A stretch of DNA of 64,000 nucleotides from a virus: positions 1-64,000 of IMG/VR virus record IMGVR_UViG_3300022188_000008; one strand, 5' to 3'. A program made the position numbers and the translations under genes. Below the pieces are notes generated by a model. The model saw only the letters and a list, made by a program, of their open reading frames with translations. It did not search any database and was not told where the DNA came from. Shown here one piece after another: positions 50,268 to 60,576 of this stretch (positions are counted from its first letter, which is position 1; each line of letters begins with the position of its first letter).

Positions 50268-50796
50268 ACAACGTATTATTGTTTGTGGCATCGACCCTGG
50301 TTTTGATGGTGGTATTTCTGTAATATCTGAAACGCCAAGAAATAAACATAAAATAATTTATTCTTCTGTTATGCCTATTATCAAAGAGAAGAGCAGAAGG
50401 AAATTGGATTATCATAAATTAATTATGATTTTTAAAACATATTTACCAACTTTAACAGTTATAGAGAAAGCACAAACAATGCCTAAACAAGGTATAGCTT
50501 CTACAGGTAGATCTATGTATAATGCGGGGGTAATTCATGGTATTCTTTTAGGTCTTAGTCTTCCATTTATTAGAGTAAGACCACAAGAATGGAAAAAAGT
50601 TATGTTAAAAGGCACAAAGAAACAAAAAATAGATGCTATTGAAAAAGTTAGTTGCCTTTTTCCTGATTTATCATTAAAAAAATCCAAAAGAGCAAAAAAA
50701 CCACATGATGGGATTGCAGAGTCAGTCCTTATCGGGTTATATGGATTTACATGTTTAAATCAGGAAAGCCTAAATTATCACAACGAAAAATCCTAA
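50260..50796 (+). CDS. RuvC-like Holliday junction resolvase
   Basis: GIDPG, VIEK, VRPQEWKK, HDGIAES. Confidence 0.85.
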   Translation: MIKQRIIVCGIDPGFDGGISVISETPRNKHKIIYSSVMPIIKEKSRRKLDYHKLIMIFKTYLPTLTVIEKAQTMPKQGIASTGRSMYNAGVIHGILLGLSLPFIRVRPQEWKKVMLKGTKKQKIDAIEKVSCLFPDLSLKKSKRAKKPHDGIAESVLIGLYGFTCLNQESLNYHNEKS

Positions 50797-52304
50797 GAGA
50801 GGTATTCTCTTCAAGAATAGACTCTTTTGCAGCTACTATTTTACCTCATTATTTCACAATTCCTTTCTCACCTCTTCATTATTATCTTTTTAGTAACTTC
50901 AGAGATAGGATAGGAACAAATGCACGAGAGGCAATAGCTGCCCCTCGTGGATTTGGCAAATCCACTGTTACTACACTTGCATGGCCTTTATGGATTATAT
51001 GTGAGTCTGCACGAAGAAATAAAAATCTCTACCATTATATAGTTATCCTTTCAGACGTATTCTCTCAGGCTAGTGACTTCTTAGCAGATATAAAGAGGGA
51101 GTTGGAAACAAATGAAATGATCCAATACTTCTATCCTGAAGTATTTGGGAAAGGGCCTAAATGGAGGGATGAATTCATAATAACAAGAAATGATATTATG
51201 ATTCGTGCTCTTGGTTCTATGGGTAAAGTTAGAGGTAGAAGATTTAAACAACACCGTGTTGGCTTAGTAATAGCTGATGATCTAGAAAATAGGAATGCTA
51301 TTATATCAGAAACATATAGAGAACATATAACTGATTGGTTTTCTAAAGATGTATTAAAAACTGGCGGCCCTAATCGACCTGTAGATATATTTGTTGTTGG
51401 TACGATTTTACATCCTTTCAGTTTATTAAATAAACTTTTGACTACTCCAGAATTCTCTGCTTTTCATGGTAAGAAGTTCAAAGCTGTACTGTCTTTCGCT
51501 AAAAATCAAGACTTGTGGGATGAATGGAAAACCATCTATCAAAATAGATTTGATAAAAGGAGAGAGAAAAATGCGTATATTTTCTATAAAAAGCATGAGG
51601 CTGAAATGTTGTCGGGTGTTTCTCTCATGTGGCCTGAAGGTTCTTCATATTATGATTTAATGGTAGAGCTTATTGGAGAGGGCACTGCCTCCTTTTATTC
51701 TGAAAAACAGAACGAACCGTTTGACCCATCAACACTTCTCTTCCCTGAAAGTATATTTAGCTTTTATAATGAAGAAGATATTAAAGCTCTTATTGATGAT
51801 AGTGAGATATATATTTATTTAGATCCTACTGTTAATAAGAATAAGAAATCAGACTATTATGCCCTTATAGTATTAATGAGACATATAGATTCTGGGTATA
51901 TTTTTGTGCTTCATGCTGATGTTGAAAAGAAGCCCCCTTCTTATCAAAAAAGCGAATTAAAGAAGTATTCATTAAAATATTTAGATAAAATAAGGTATGT
52001 TGGAATAGAGTCTAATGGCTTTCAAGCATTGATTACTGAAGACTTCAAACGAGAATTAAGAGAAGAAGGCATATATGTTCCTATTACTGCTGTTCAGAAT
52101 AATTTATCTAAAAAAGCACGTATCTCTAAGTTAGAACCATTGATAAAAGATGGTACTATTCGCTTTAATAAGAATCATTTGACTTTATATACACAACTAC
52201 ATCTATATGGAATTGTAGGTAATGATGATGGCCCTGATGCTCTTGCAGGAGCAGTAGAATTGATAAATAAGAAAAGATTTAAGCTACTCACATACGGGGG
52301 ATAA
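50751..52304 (+). CDS. Terminase large subunit
   Basis: APRGFGKST, IADDLE, VGTILH, YLDP, SDY, DDGPDA. Confidence 0.92.
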   Translation: MFKSGKPKLSQRKILREVFSSRIDSFAATILPHYFTIPFSPLHYYLFSNFRDRIGTNAREAIAAPRGFGKSTVTTLAWPLWIICESARRNKNLYHYIVILSDVFSQASDFLADIKRELETNEMIQYFYPEVFGKGPKWRDEFIITRNDIMIRALGSMGKVRGRRFKQHRVGLVIADDLENRNAIISETYREHITDWFSKDVLKTGGPNRPVDIFVVGTILHPFSLLNKLLTTPEFSAFHGKKFKAVLSFAKNQDLWDEWKTIYQNRFDKRREKNAYIFYKKHEAEMLSGVSLMWPEGSSYYDLMVELIGEGTASFYSEKQNEPFDPSTLLFPESIFSFYNEEDIKALIDDSEIYIYLDPTVNKNKKSDYYALIVLMRHIDSGYIFVLHADVEKKPPSYQKSELKKYSLKYLDKIRYVGIESNGFQALITEDFKRELREEGIYVPITAVQNNLSKKARISKLEPLIKDGTIRFNKNHLTLYTQLHLYGIVGNDDGPDALAGAVELINKKRFKLLTYGG

Positions 52305-52309
52305 GGTCT

Positions 52310-53896
52310 GTGGCTATAACTGATAGGCAGCATCCTTTATATGAAGATCATAGTGAAGAATGGTTATTTTTTTTAGAAGCATATGAGGGAGGAAGTGAAT
52401 ATATAGGTAGTGATAACTTATTTACTCATCGCTTAGAATTAGATGATGATTTTGAGAATAGAAAGAAGAGGGCATATTATCTCAATTATTGTTCTGCAGT
52501 AATAGAAAGTTATACAAATTTCATATTTTCCAAGGAAATTATAAGACCCTCTAATGAGATATTTACACCTTTTTTGAGAAATGTAACAGGCTCTGGTGAT
52601 GATATTGATACTTTTATGCGAAAAGTATCTAATTATTCAGGAGCATGTGGATTTGTTTATGTTTTGTTTAATTTTCGTGATTTATCATTATTTCCTTCTT
52701 CAGAAGATAATAAAGTTCCCCTAAGTGTAGTAAAAGAGTATAATCTCTATCCTTATCTTACCATGCACACTCCTGCTGAAGTTGTAGATTTTTCTGTAGA
52801 TACACATGGTAATTTTGATTGGATACTTCTTGAAGAGGATATTTATGAAGATTCTGACCCTACAGTTGATAGGGAAATAGTTACTGTAAGAAATCTTATT
52901 ACACGTGATTATTGGGTGAAGTATGATAAGGAGACAGGAGAACAAATAGGGGAGAAGATAGATAATCCTTTTGGAATTGTGCCTGTTGTTCTAGTGAAAA
53001 ATATGGGGGAATCTTATGAAGGATTAAGTCTTTCTACTATTAAGGATATAGCCTATGTGAATAGAGCTATATTTAATTGGTGTTCAAATATTGATGAAAT
53101 GATAGAGAGGCAAACTTTCTCACAGTTAACCTGTCCTGATGATGGTTCTTTAGCAGAACAAGCTGAGGCTAAAAAACATACGGGTGAAGATCCATTAGTA
53201 AAAGTTGGGACTGCTGCTATTTTCACTTTTCCTGCAAATGCAGGCCATCCACCTAGATTTATTTCCCCAGATACTTCACAAATAGAAGTAATATGGGAAA
53301 TGGTGCTTTCTCATATAAAACAGATATACATTATGGCAGGTCTTGCAGGTACTGCTGTAGATGTTTCTGCTTCTTCAGGGAGAGCAAAACAACAACAATT
53401 CTATTCTATAGAAGCAAATTTAACAGCAAAAGCTGCTAATCTTGAAAAGGCAGAAACAGAAATTCTGAAGATGTATTATGAAATCATGACAGGTAAACCT
53501 GTTTCTGATGAATCTATTTATCAAGTTACTTATCCTCGTTCTTTTGATGTTCTTAATTTTGTAGATTATCTGAAATATACATTTGATGTTATTTCTAAGA
53601 ATATTTCTGAAAAACTAGTAAAATATTTAGCTAAAGAAGCAGCACTTAAATTACTGAAATCAGCACCTGATAAGATCAAAGAGGAGGTGATAGATGAGAT
53701 AGATAATAAAGATTCTGAAGAAATTGTGAAAAATGTGAGGGCTGGTAATGTAAAAATGACATTTGGACAAAGTGTTATAGGGTCATCAGATTATAAATCC
53801 CCCTCAGATAGAGCTTATAATGAAAAAGAGGAAGATTCTCTGAGTATAAAAAAAGATACTGGAGAGGGTAGACCTATTGTTAACAAACAAGAATGA
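52310..53896 (+). CDS. Portal protein
   Basis: Follows TerL; RKKRAYYLNY, GIVPVV, SGRAKQ; 528 aa. Confidence 0.8.
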   Translation: MAITDRQHPLYEDHSEEWLFFLEAYEGGSEYIGSDNLFTHRLELDDDFENRKKRAYYLNYCSAVIESYTNFIFSKEIIRPSNEIFTPFLRNVTGSGDDIDTFMRKVSNYSGACGFVYVLFNFRDLSLFPSSEDNKVPLSVVKEYNLYPYLTMHTPAEVVDFSVDTHGNFDWILLEEDIYEDSDPTVDREIVTVRNLITRDYWVKYDKETGEQIGEKIDNPFGIVPVVLVKNMGESYEGLSLSTIKDIAYVNRAIFNWCSNIDEMIERQTFSQLTCPDDGSLAEQAEAKKHTGEDPLVKVGTAAIFTFPANAGHPPRFISPDTSQIEVIWEMVLSHIKQIYIMAGLAGTAVDVSASSGRAKQQQFYSIEANLTAKAANLEKAETEILKMYYEIMTGKPVSDESIYQVTYPRSFDVLNFVDYLKYTFDVISKNISEKLVKYLAKEAALKLLKSAPDKIKEEVIDEIDNKDSEEIVKNVRAGNVKMTFGQSVIGSSDYKSPSDRAYNEKEEDSLSIKKDTGEGRPIVNKQE

Positions 53897-53912
53897 TATG
53901 GAGGAATAAGAT

Positions 53913-54797
53913 ATGCCGCCTGAATTAGATAAAGATGTAAACAAAGACCAAAACCTTGATGATGATAAGGACAAGGATAAAAATAAAGATAAGGACAAAA
54001 ATGGTGATGTTAAATTCTCTAAATCTTATATTGAGAGTATCATAAGAGATAGAGATAGAACTAAGAAACGTCTTAAAGAGCTTGAAGAGAAATTATCAAA
54101 ATATGAAGAAGTAGTAAAAACAGCTCCTCCTAAAGATAAAGTTGAAAAAATGAAGGAGGAACTGGAAGAGCTTAGAAAGTTTAGGGAAGAAATAAAGAAG
54201 AAACAACAAGAAGCAGAACTTAAAGATAAATCAGAATCCGAGAGACTTAAGATTCAGCTTCAATCTGTTAATGAAGAATATCAAGCTAAACTGAAAGAAT
54301 TAGAAGAAGAACTCAATACTACTAAGCAGACTTTTGAACAAAAACTTCAAGAGAAAGAACAACTTCTCAGTACTTTGTATGAGCAAGTTCTTGAAGGTAG
54401 AATCAGGAAAATAGCCATTGAAGAAAAGGCTTATTCTCCTGAACAGATAGTTCTTATGACTAAACACTTTTTTAAGAGAAATGAAGATGGTGAATATTAC
54501 GCCATTAATAAAAAAGGTAAAGAAGTCACTGTTGAGGAATTTGTATCCGACTTCCTTAAAGACCCAGCTAATTCCAATTTAGTGGCGGTTACCTTGCCTC
54601 CAGGGGATGGAGACAAAAATAAACGGAGACCACCAAAGAAGGAAACAGGGGATGATGACGAGATTGATGTCTCAAAAGCTACTCCTGCTGATTATGCTTC
54701 TGCCAGAATTGCTGGGATGGATATAAAGCAGTGGCTGAAGATCCAAAAGATAAAAAAAGAAGTACTTGAAATGAAAAAACAACAAACTGGAGGATAA
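53913..54797 (+). CDS. Capsid scaffolding protein
   Basis: Highly charged coiled coil between portal and capsid genes. Confidence 0.72.
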   Translation: MPPELDKDVNKDQNLDDDKDKDKNKDKDKNGDVKFSKSYIESIIRDRDRTKKRLKELEEKLSKYEEVVKTAPPKDKVEKMKEELEELRKFREEIKKKQQEAELKDKSESERLKIQLQSVNEEYQAKLKELEEELNTTKQTFEQKLQEKEQLLSTLYEQVLEGRIRKIAIEEKAYSPEQIVLMTKHFFKRNEDGEYYAINKKGKEVTVEEFVSDFLKDPANSNLVAVTLPPGDGDKNKRRPPKKETGDDDEIDVSKATPADYASARIAGMDIKQWLKIQKIKKEVLEMKKQQTGG

Positions 54798-54800
54798 ACT

Positions 54801-55184
54801 ATGAGTAAATACGTACAGGTTGGAACAAATGAAGCTGTAATTGAAGTTCCTGCTGCTAGTGGTTTGACACCTAGTGACAGGGGCGGGGCTTTTATAACTA
54901 TTATTGATGGTAAAGCTGTCCTAGCTACCGGAGACGTAGATATTTTTGGTTGGGCGGTTAGACCTGCTGGGGATATTTCTGAGGGTGATCCTATTCTTGT
55001 GGAGAGCGTCCTTGGTAAAACTTATAGAATGCCTAAAACTGGAAGTGGAACTCCTGCAATAGGATCTCGTTTTGGTCTTACAGTGTCTGCTGGTGTTCAG
55101 TATGTGGATACAGATGATACTACTTATGTCAAAGTAGAAGTAGTAGGAATTGATGGCGATGATCTTATTGTTAGAGTAATATAA
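54801..55184 (+). CDS. Capsid decoration/cement protein
   Basis: Small Gly-rich beta protein directly before the MCP. Confidence 0.55.
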   Translation: MSKYVQVGTNEAVIEVPAASGLTPSDRGGAFITIIDGKAVLATGDVDIFGWAVRPAGDISEGDPILVESVLGKTYRMPKTGSGTPAIGSRFGLTVSAGVQYVDTDDTTYVKVEVVGIDGDDLIVRVI

Positions 55185-55218
55185 CAGGTTTATGAGCTAA
55201 TAATTGGAGGTATAAGAT

Positions 55219-56190
55219 ATGAGTGTAACTAGAACTGATTTTACGGAAAAACTAAAGGTTAATGCCTATAGATGGTTTTGGGAGGCAGCTACCAGTAATT
55301 ATGACACTTGGACGGAGTTATTCGCAGAGGATACGGATTTTCCAGAAGATGCTTCATATACCATGACTACATCAGCCCTGGGATTGGGAGATCTTACGGA
55401 GAAGAAAGAAGGCGATAAGCTGGAATTTGATTCTCCTATGGAAGGGTATACAGTACTTGGTGCTCCTAAGACCTTTGGTAGGCAGATTTCGTTCTCCTTG
55501 GAACTCTATTCTGATACCCAGGTAGAAGGTCTTTTCAGAAAGACTGTAGCAAGCTGGAGAGATGCCTATGAGAGAACCAGGGATAAAACTTTTGCTAAAG
55601 TGTTTAATTATGGTGCTTTTACAGCAGGGCACACTATTTTCAATAACTCTATCCCTGGTGTAATTACTGATCCTTCAGGGGATTTTATTTATGATGGTAA
55701 GCCTCTGTTTGCTGCATCAGGTAATGAGCATGTATCCAAAAATGGTGGTACATATTTTAATTATCAGGCTCTTCCTCTTACAGCAGAGAACTTGAAAACT
55801 GTCTATACAGCTATGACTACTACAAATGCGAAAGATGAGAGGGATGAGGATATTGATATTATTCCTGATATTTTGCTTGTTCCGCCTGGATTGAAATTTA
55901 CTGCCGAGGAAATTCTTAAATCTACTTCTCTTGACTCTGCAAATCCTGGCGTAACTAATGTTCTCAGAGATATTGTGAGACCTGTTGTCTGGAGAAGGTT
56001 GACTGATTCTGATGGCTGGATTCTTATGCAGTCTAAGAAGGGAATTTATGTAATTAATAAACTTGATCCTGTGATTGATTTCTGGGTAGATCCTGAAACT
56101 AAAGATTACAGAGCTTCTATTATTTGTAGATTTGGTATCTACGTCCAGAATTGGAGATTTGTATACGGATGTAATCTTGCCCAGTCTTAA
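55219..56190 (+). CDS. Major capsid protein (HK97 fold, Mu gpT-like)
   Basis: DGKPLFAA..H, PDILLVPPGL, LTDSDGW, G..NWRFVYG. Confidence 0.85.
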   Translation: MSVTRTDFTEKLKVNAYRWFWEAATSNYDTWTELFAEDTDFPEDASYTMTTSALGLGDLTEKKEGDKLEFDSPMEGYTVLGAPKTFGRQISFSLELYSDTQVEGLFRKTVASWRDAYERTRDKTFAKVFNYGAFTAGHTIFNNSIPGVITDPSGDFIYDGKPLFAASGNEHVSKNGGTYFNYQALPLTAENLKTVYTAMTTTNAKDERDEDIDIIPDILLVPPGLKFTAEEILKSTSLDSANPGVTNVLRDIVRPVVWRRLTDSDGWILMQSKKGIYVINKLDPVIDFWVDPETKDYRASIICRFGIYVQNWRFVYGCNLAQS

Positions 56191-56200
56191 GATTTGAGTT

Positions 56201-56225
56201 AGGGGGCTAGAAGCCCCCTCTTTTT
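56201..56225 (+). terminator. Intrinsic terminator after the MCP
   Basis: agggggct-aga-agccccct followed by a T run. Confidence 0.75.
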
Positions 56226-56238
56226 AAAAGGAGGAATT

Positions 56239-56469
56239 ATGCCGAGACCTAAGAAAACTGTTAAGAAAATAGAAGATGTGAAAAATGTTGAACTTGATAA
56301 AGAAGCTCCTAAAGTTGCGGTTTCTAAGAAACCAGCTAAAAGGACTAAGTTGATATTGGATAGAACTAAGATAGAAGAAGTGGAAAAATACGTAAGAGAG
56401 GGGAAGAAAGTACACGTCAAAGGCAGAGGGGCTGAAAAGAAGTACATTGTGTTTCTTGAAGGAGATTAG
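56239..56469 (+). CDS. Small basic hypothetical protein
   Basis: GGAGG RBS. Confidence 0.6.
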   Translation: MPRPKKTVKKIEDVKNVELDKEAPKVAVSKKPAKRTKLILDRTKIEEVEKYVREGKKVHVKGRGAEKKYIVFLEGD

Positions 56470-56471
56470 CA

Positions 56472-56741
56472 ATGGCGATAAAAAGACGAAAGAAAAGAAC
56501 CACCAAGAAGAAGAAATGGATTCCTAAAAACATTAAAAAAGGCGCTCTCAAGAAACAACTTGGTTACAAAGAAAATCAGACTATTCCTACGTCTATCTTG
56601 AATAAAATCCTGAAAGCTAAGGTAGGAAGTAAGATTACTGTTAAGGGTAAGATTATAACAGTAACTGCCACTTTGAAAAGAAGAGCTAATCTTGCTCGTA
56701 ACTTCAGAAAAATGCGAAAACGAGGACGTAAAAGAAAATAA
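56472..56741 (+). CDS. Very basic small protein (possible DNA-condensing virion protein)
   Basis: K/R-rich; WIPKNIKKGALKKQLG...RRANLARNF. Confidence 0.6.
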   Translation: MAIKRRKKRTTKKKKWIPKNIKKGALKKQLGYKENQTIPTSILNKILKAKVGSKITVKGKIITVTATLKRRANLARNFRKMRKRGRKRK

Positions 56742-56758
56742 TTTTCGAGGATTGGTAG

Positions 56759-57757
56759 ATGAGCTTAAATACTTTACAAGGCACTATAGATGCAGAATCT
56801 TATATTTCTGTTTCAGAAGCTGATGCTCTTTTAGCAGCAGATACAACCTGGTTGGCCTATGATTCTTATATCAAAGAGAATGCTTTGCGATTGGCTACAC
56901 AATTGATTGATAGCGTCAATTTTTATGGCGAAAAGTTAATATCAGCTCAAGCTCTTGAATTCCCTCGTAACTATTTTGATTACATTACAATAACCCCTAC
57001 TTCTATCTTTCAGGGTACAGAAGCAACTATTACGGACACTGCTACTGCTGGAGATATGTCTATTTCTAAGACCCTTAATACCATTGTTAGGCAAGGTAGT
57101 GTTGAAATAACTGTCTACTTGTTGATAGATGGAACTTCAACTCAAGTTATTCTTAGGGATACAAGCTCATCTGCCAATCCTTTTTATAATCCTATTTATG
57201 TGTCCTCTTCTAGTCTCGATTATGATACAGGTGATCTTTTCATAACTTTTAATTATGAAATAGATGATTCTGAAAATTATACTATTTCATATCGTTATCA
57301 TGCTTCTATCCAATATGATAGTTTTACATCTTCTTCTGTATCAGAATCTTCTATAGATGAATACAAACAATATGAAGAGAACGCTGCTTTTATAATAATT
57401 GATGGAGTTAATGCGGGTATAGGTAAGAAAGTTGAGAAATTGGATATTTATAATGGTTTAATTATTACAGAGCCTTTTACAATAGATGTTGGAAGTGATG
57501 ACACTTTATATCTGATTCCTCAACTTCCTTATAATATACGTCTTACTACGGCTAAACAAGCAGTACATTTAGCTGCTAATTCTGTTACTCAGGATTTAAT
57601 AAAAAGACATGCTGGAATAATTCAGTATAAAATAGGTGATGTTTTTGCATCATATTCAAGTGATCCAATAACTCTAAAGAGTCTTTTTTGCCCTGATGCT
57701 TTTTATTACCTGAATGAATACATAGGTAAAAAAGTATTAGGTTTAGGTAGAGCATAA
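56759..57757 (+). CDS. Head-tail adaptor (DnaT-like N-terminus) with inserted beta domain
   Basis: AESYISVSEADA, ALRLATQLID, QALEFPR, YKIGD..SY. Confidence 0.7.
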   Translation: MSLNTLQGTIDAESYISVSEADALLAADTTWLAYDSYIKENALRLATQLIDSVNFYGEKLISAQALEFPRNYFDYITITPTSIFQGTEATITDTATAGDMSISKTLNTIVRQGSVEITVYLLIDGTSTQVILRDTSSSANPFYNPIYVSSSSLDYDTGDLFITFNYEIDDSENYTISYRYHASIQYDSFTSSSVSESSIDEYKQYEENAAFIIIDGVNAGIGKKVEKLDIYNGLIITEPFTIDVGSDDTLYLIPQLPYNIRLTTAKQAVHLAANSVTQDLIKRHAGIIQYKIGDVFASYSSDPITLKSLFCPDAFYYLNEYIGKKVLGLGRA

Positions 57758-58089
57758 TGCTAGAAGGTTATACTCCGCATACTGTAGATATTTATTCTTT
57801 TTCTCAAGATGGTTTCGGACAGGAAACCAAAACTGAAATCAAAACTGGTATAAAATGTCGTTTTGTTAGAGGAATCGAAGTTACAAGGGATTATATACCT
57901 GATTACAGATCTCAGGAAAATATAGTTTATAAAGCTGTTTGTTATATTCCATATTCAGAGATTTCTGATATATCTATAGATTATGGATATATTGTGAAGC
58001 ATAATGATACCGAATATAAAGTTATGGATATTTACGAGGGCACTGATTTTGGTGGTAATATAGATTTTCTCAAATTGGGATTAGTCTAA
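57757..58089 (+). CDS. Head closure (stopper) protein
   Basis: DGFGQ...IKCRF pattern and position. Confidence 0.6.
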   Translation: MLEGYTPHTVDIYSFSQDGFGQETKTEIKTGIKCRFVRGIEVTRDYIPDYRSQENIVYKAVCYIPYSEISDISIDYGYIVKHNDTEYKVMDIYEGTDFGGNIDFLKLGLV

Positions 58090-58838
58090 TGCCTGAATTA
58101 ATGGAGTTTGATGATAAATTTGAGAAAGAATTACAAAGAATAGGCTATACTTCTGCCCTTAGATTAGGTTTATATGAAATAAAAGGCAAATATATGGATT
58201 CAAAAAGAGGGCTTTTTGCTAATAAGCCTCTTCCCACATTCATAACAAAAGATTGGCAAATAGCTGGAGGTAAGATAAGAGCAGGTTTTGATATCCTTCT
58301 AAAAAAGATAATATCTGCTGTTACAGCTACCAGTGTTAAGATTGCTCTATCACGTATGTATAAAGTTATGAGGGATGTTTATGAAACTTCTATAAGCTAT
58401 GCTCCTTTTGATACAGGAACTTTAAGAAGTTCTGCTAAATTACGATTTAATAGCAAGGTAGTAGGTACTTGTAATGCTGATGGATTGGGTCATTTTACAA
58501 CTCAGTTTGCAGATATAGGTGGTTTTTTACAAACTGCACAAGCATATAAATTAAAAAGAAGTACATTTGCTATAACTTTTCATAGAGTAAAAGGTGAAAT
58601 TATAGAAGATTTTCCTAAGTCAGGTAGAAGACCTGAACAATTCGATATTGCTATGTTTTTACATGAAAGATTAGACTGGAATCCTAGATATGCTTCTTGG
58701 CCTGTAGGTCCCAAGTGGTTGGAAAGGGCGATGGTACAACATAGTGGTGATTTTAAATATATTCTAAGCAAGATTCTTCCAGAACTAAAGAAAGATAGCA
58801 ATATTATTTTCAGGAGATTTGACCAAAGAGTTAAATAA
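58089..58838 (+). CDS. Neck/tail completion protein (HK97 gp10-like)
   Basis: APFDTGTLRSS, FLHE, PKWLERA. Confidence 0.68.
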   Translation: MPELMEFDDKFEKELQRIGYTSALRLGLYEIKGKYMDSKRGLFANKPLPTFITKDWQIAGGKIRAGFDILLKKIISAVTATSVKIALSRMYKVMRDVYETSISYAPFDTGTLRSSAKLRFNSKVVGTCNADGLGHFTTQFADIGGFLQTAQAYKLKRSTFAITFHRVKGEIIEDFPKSGRRPEQFDIAMFLHERLDWNPRYASWPVGPKWLERAMVQHSGDFKYILSKILPELKKDSNIIFRRFDQRVK

Positions 58839-59279
58839 ATGGGCTTTGTTGAGGATTTAAGGACATTTTTTGAAGATATTCATAATATATCTGAAAATGA
58901 TATAGGTTCTAAATTCATATCTATTTGGGGAGAAGAATTAGTTTTAGGCACAAATCTGTTCTTTTTCTTCTTTCCAGAAACTCCTGATGATGTAATTATT
59001 ATAATGCCAAGATCGAGACCAAATAGGCTTAGAAATACACCTTGTTATAATCCAGCATTTGACTTTATAGTGCGTTCTATTGATAAATTAAAAGCATTTA
59101 AAACTGCTGAATTATTGACATTTATATTTGATAAAAGAGGTGGTATTTTATCGCCCAATTCTATGTCTTATATAGGTAGTGGTACTCCGACTGCTTACTA
59201 TTTAGATGAGAGAGGCAGGCAAACTTTTACTAATTATGTATGGTTTAATAGTATAATTTATAATGTTGAAGATTTATAA
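58839..59279 (+). CDS. Tail terminator/minor capsid-like protein
   Basis: PETPDD, FIVRS, DERGR; position. Confidence 0.58.
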   Translation: MGFVEDLRTFFEDIHNISENDIGSKFISIWGEELVLGTNLFFFFFPETPDDVIIIMPRSRPNRLRNTPCYNPAFDFIVRSIDKLKAFKTAELLTFIFDKRGGILSPNSMSYIGSGTPTAYYLDERGRQTFTNYVWFNSIIYNVEDL

Positions 59280-59322
59280 AATCATAATAATTCATAAATC
59301 TAAGTTTTTGAAAGGATGAATT

Positions 59323-59577
59323 ACGACAAAAATAAAGAGTGAGGCAGATTGGCAGGCTGAGGATGATGCGAGGGTACTAATAAATGCAGAAGCCATCAAG
59401 AGAGATAAAAAAAGGTTAAAAAGAGCTTTAAAAAAAGTAGATGAGCGTATTAAAGAAGAGCAACGAGTTTTACAATCAGCCAAACAAGTAAAAACAAAAA
59501 TTAAAACAACTACTAAGAAGAAACGTCCTAAAAGAAAGACCACTAAAAAGACTACACGAAGAAAGAAAAAATCATAA
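59323..59577 (+). CDS. Unannotated basic protein with a non-AUG (ACG/ATT) start
   Basis: Open frame TTKIKSEADWQAEDDARVLINAEAIKRDKKRL...KKKS; AAAGGA RBS; in-frame TGA immediately upstream. Confidence 0.55.
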   Translation, partial: TTKIKSEADWQAEDDARVLINAEAIKRDKKRLKRALKKVDERIKEEQRVLQSAKQVKTKIKTTTKKKRPKRKTTKKTTRRKKKS

Positions 59578-59658
59578 CGAAAAATTATGATTTCAAACTA
59601 TTGAATATATTAAACATATAGTCTCTTGGATTCAACAAACTAAACGGAGGTAATAAAT

Positions 59659-60519
59659 ATGGCTTCAAAAAATACAAATAACTATTCCCTTGGAATGCCT
59701 CTATTGTACTTTTATAGTACTTCAGGGGCTTCGGGATTGACTATTCTTGAGAATGCGTATGCAGGTACTGGTACTTATAATGCTAAGTATTACTACCTTG
59801 GCAATGCAGCGGATATGTCACTAACACTTGGTACAGATTCATTAGACCATTTTACAGTTACTGCTGGTAAAAAACAGAAAGATAAATCAATTATCATTGA
59901 GCAGACAATTAGTCTTTCTATGACTTTTGATGAGTTTGATGCTGATAATATGAGAAGGTTTTTCTATGGTGCTAATCAGACTAAGACTGTAGCAGACGAG
60001 GATTCTGGTATTGTCCCAGATGGTACTGAGACTCATTTTGAGTTTACTTTGGATAATATTCCAGTATCTCCTACTACAGTTACAGTGACTGCTACAATTA
60101 GTTCTTCGGATGTTGATATGACTGATGACGGTGGTGGGACTCTTTCCCCTGCAAGTGGTAGTAGTACTGGGACTATTGATTATGGTTCAGGTACTATAGT
60201 GTTAGATTATGAAAACCCACCTGATAATGGATCTAATATCACTGTGGATTATACCTGTATTGTAGGTATAACGGTATTCGATGAGAACGCAATTACTGCA
60301 GAAGGTGCTATGTTGATGGTATTCCCGACTACAGTTGGTAGGCAGTGGAAATATCATATTCCCAAATGTTCCATTAAGCCTTCAGGTGATCTTGGTTTTG
60401 GTGCTGAAGATTGGATGTCTGGTACTTTTGAGGTTGAAATTCTTAAAGATGAAACCTTTAGCCATACTTTTGATACTTCTGAAGTTGATTGCCCGTATGG
60501 CTACATTGATTTCTTTTAA
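59659..60519 (+). CDS. Major tail tube protein with inserted beta domain
   Basis: NYSLG, YLGNA..L, LSMTFDE, IPKCSIKPSGDL...W...FEVEIL. Confidence 0.78.
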   Translation: MASKNTNNYSLGMPLLYFYSTSGASGLTILENAYAGTGTYNAKYYYLGNAADMSLTLGTDSLDHFTVTAGKKQKDKSIIIEQTISLSMTFDEFDADNMRRFFYGANQTKTVADEDSGIVPDGTETHFEFTLDNIPVSPTTVTVTATISSSDVDMTDDGGGTLSPASGSSTGTIDYGSGTIVLDYENPPDNGSNITVDYTCIVGITVFDENAITAEGAMLMVFPTTVGRQWKYHIPKCSIKPSGDLGFGAEDWMSGTFEVEILKDETFSHTFDTSEVDCPYGYIDFF

Positions 60520-60527
60520 TAGTTAAT

Positions 60528-60552
60528 TTCGGGGGCTTTTAGCCCCTTTTTT
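60528..60552 (+). terminator. Intrinsic terminator
   Basis: ggggct-ttt-agcccc followed by a T run. Confidence 0.7.
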
Positions 60553-60576
60553 AAATAATATAATGAGGTGTAAAAT

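Noticed and set aside
59292-59543. Minus-strand 83-aa ORF
   Set aside because: Shadow of the K-rich plus-strand frame in a plus-strand operon
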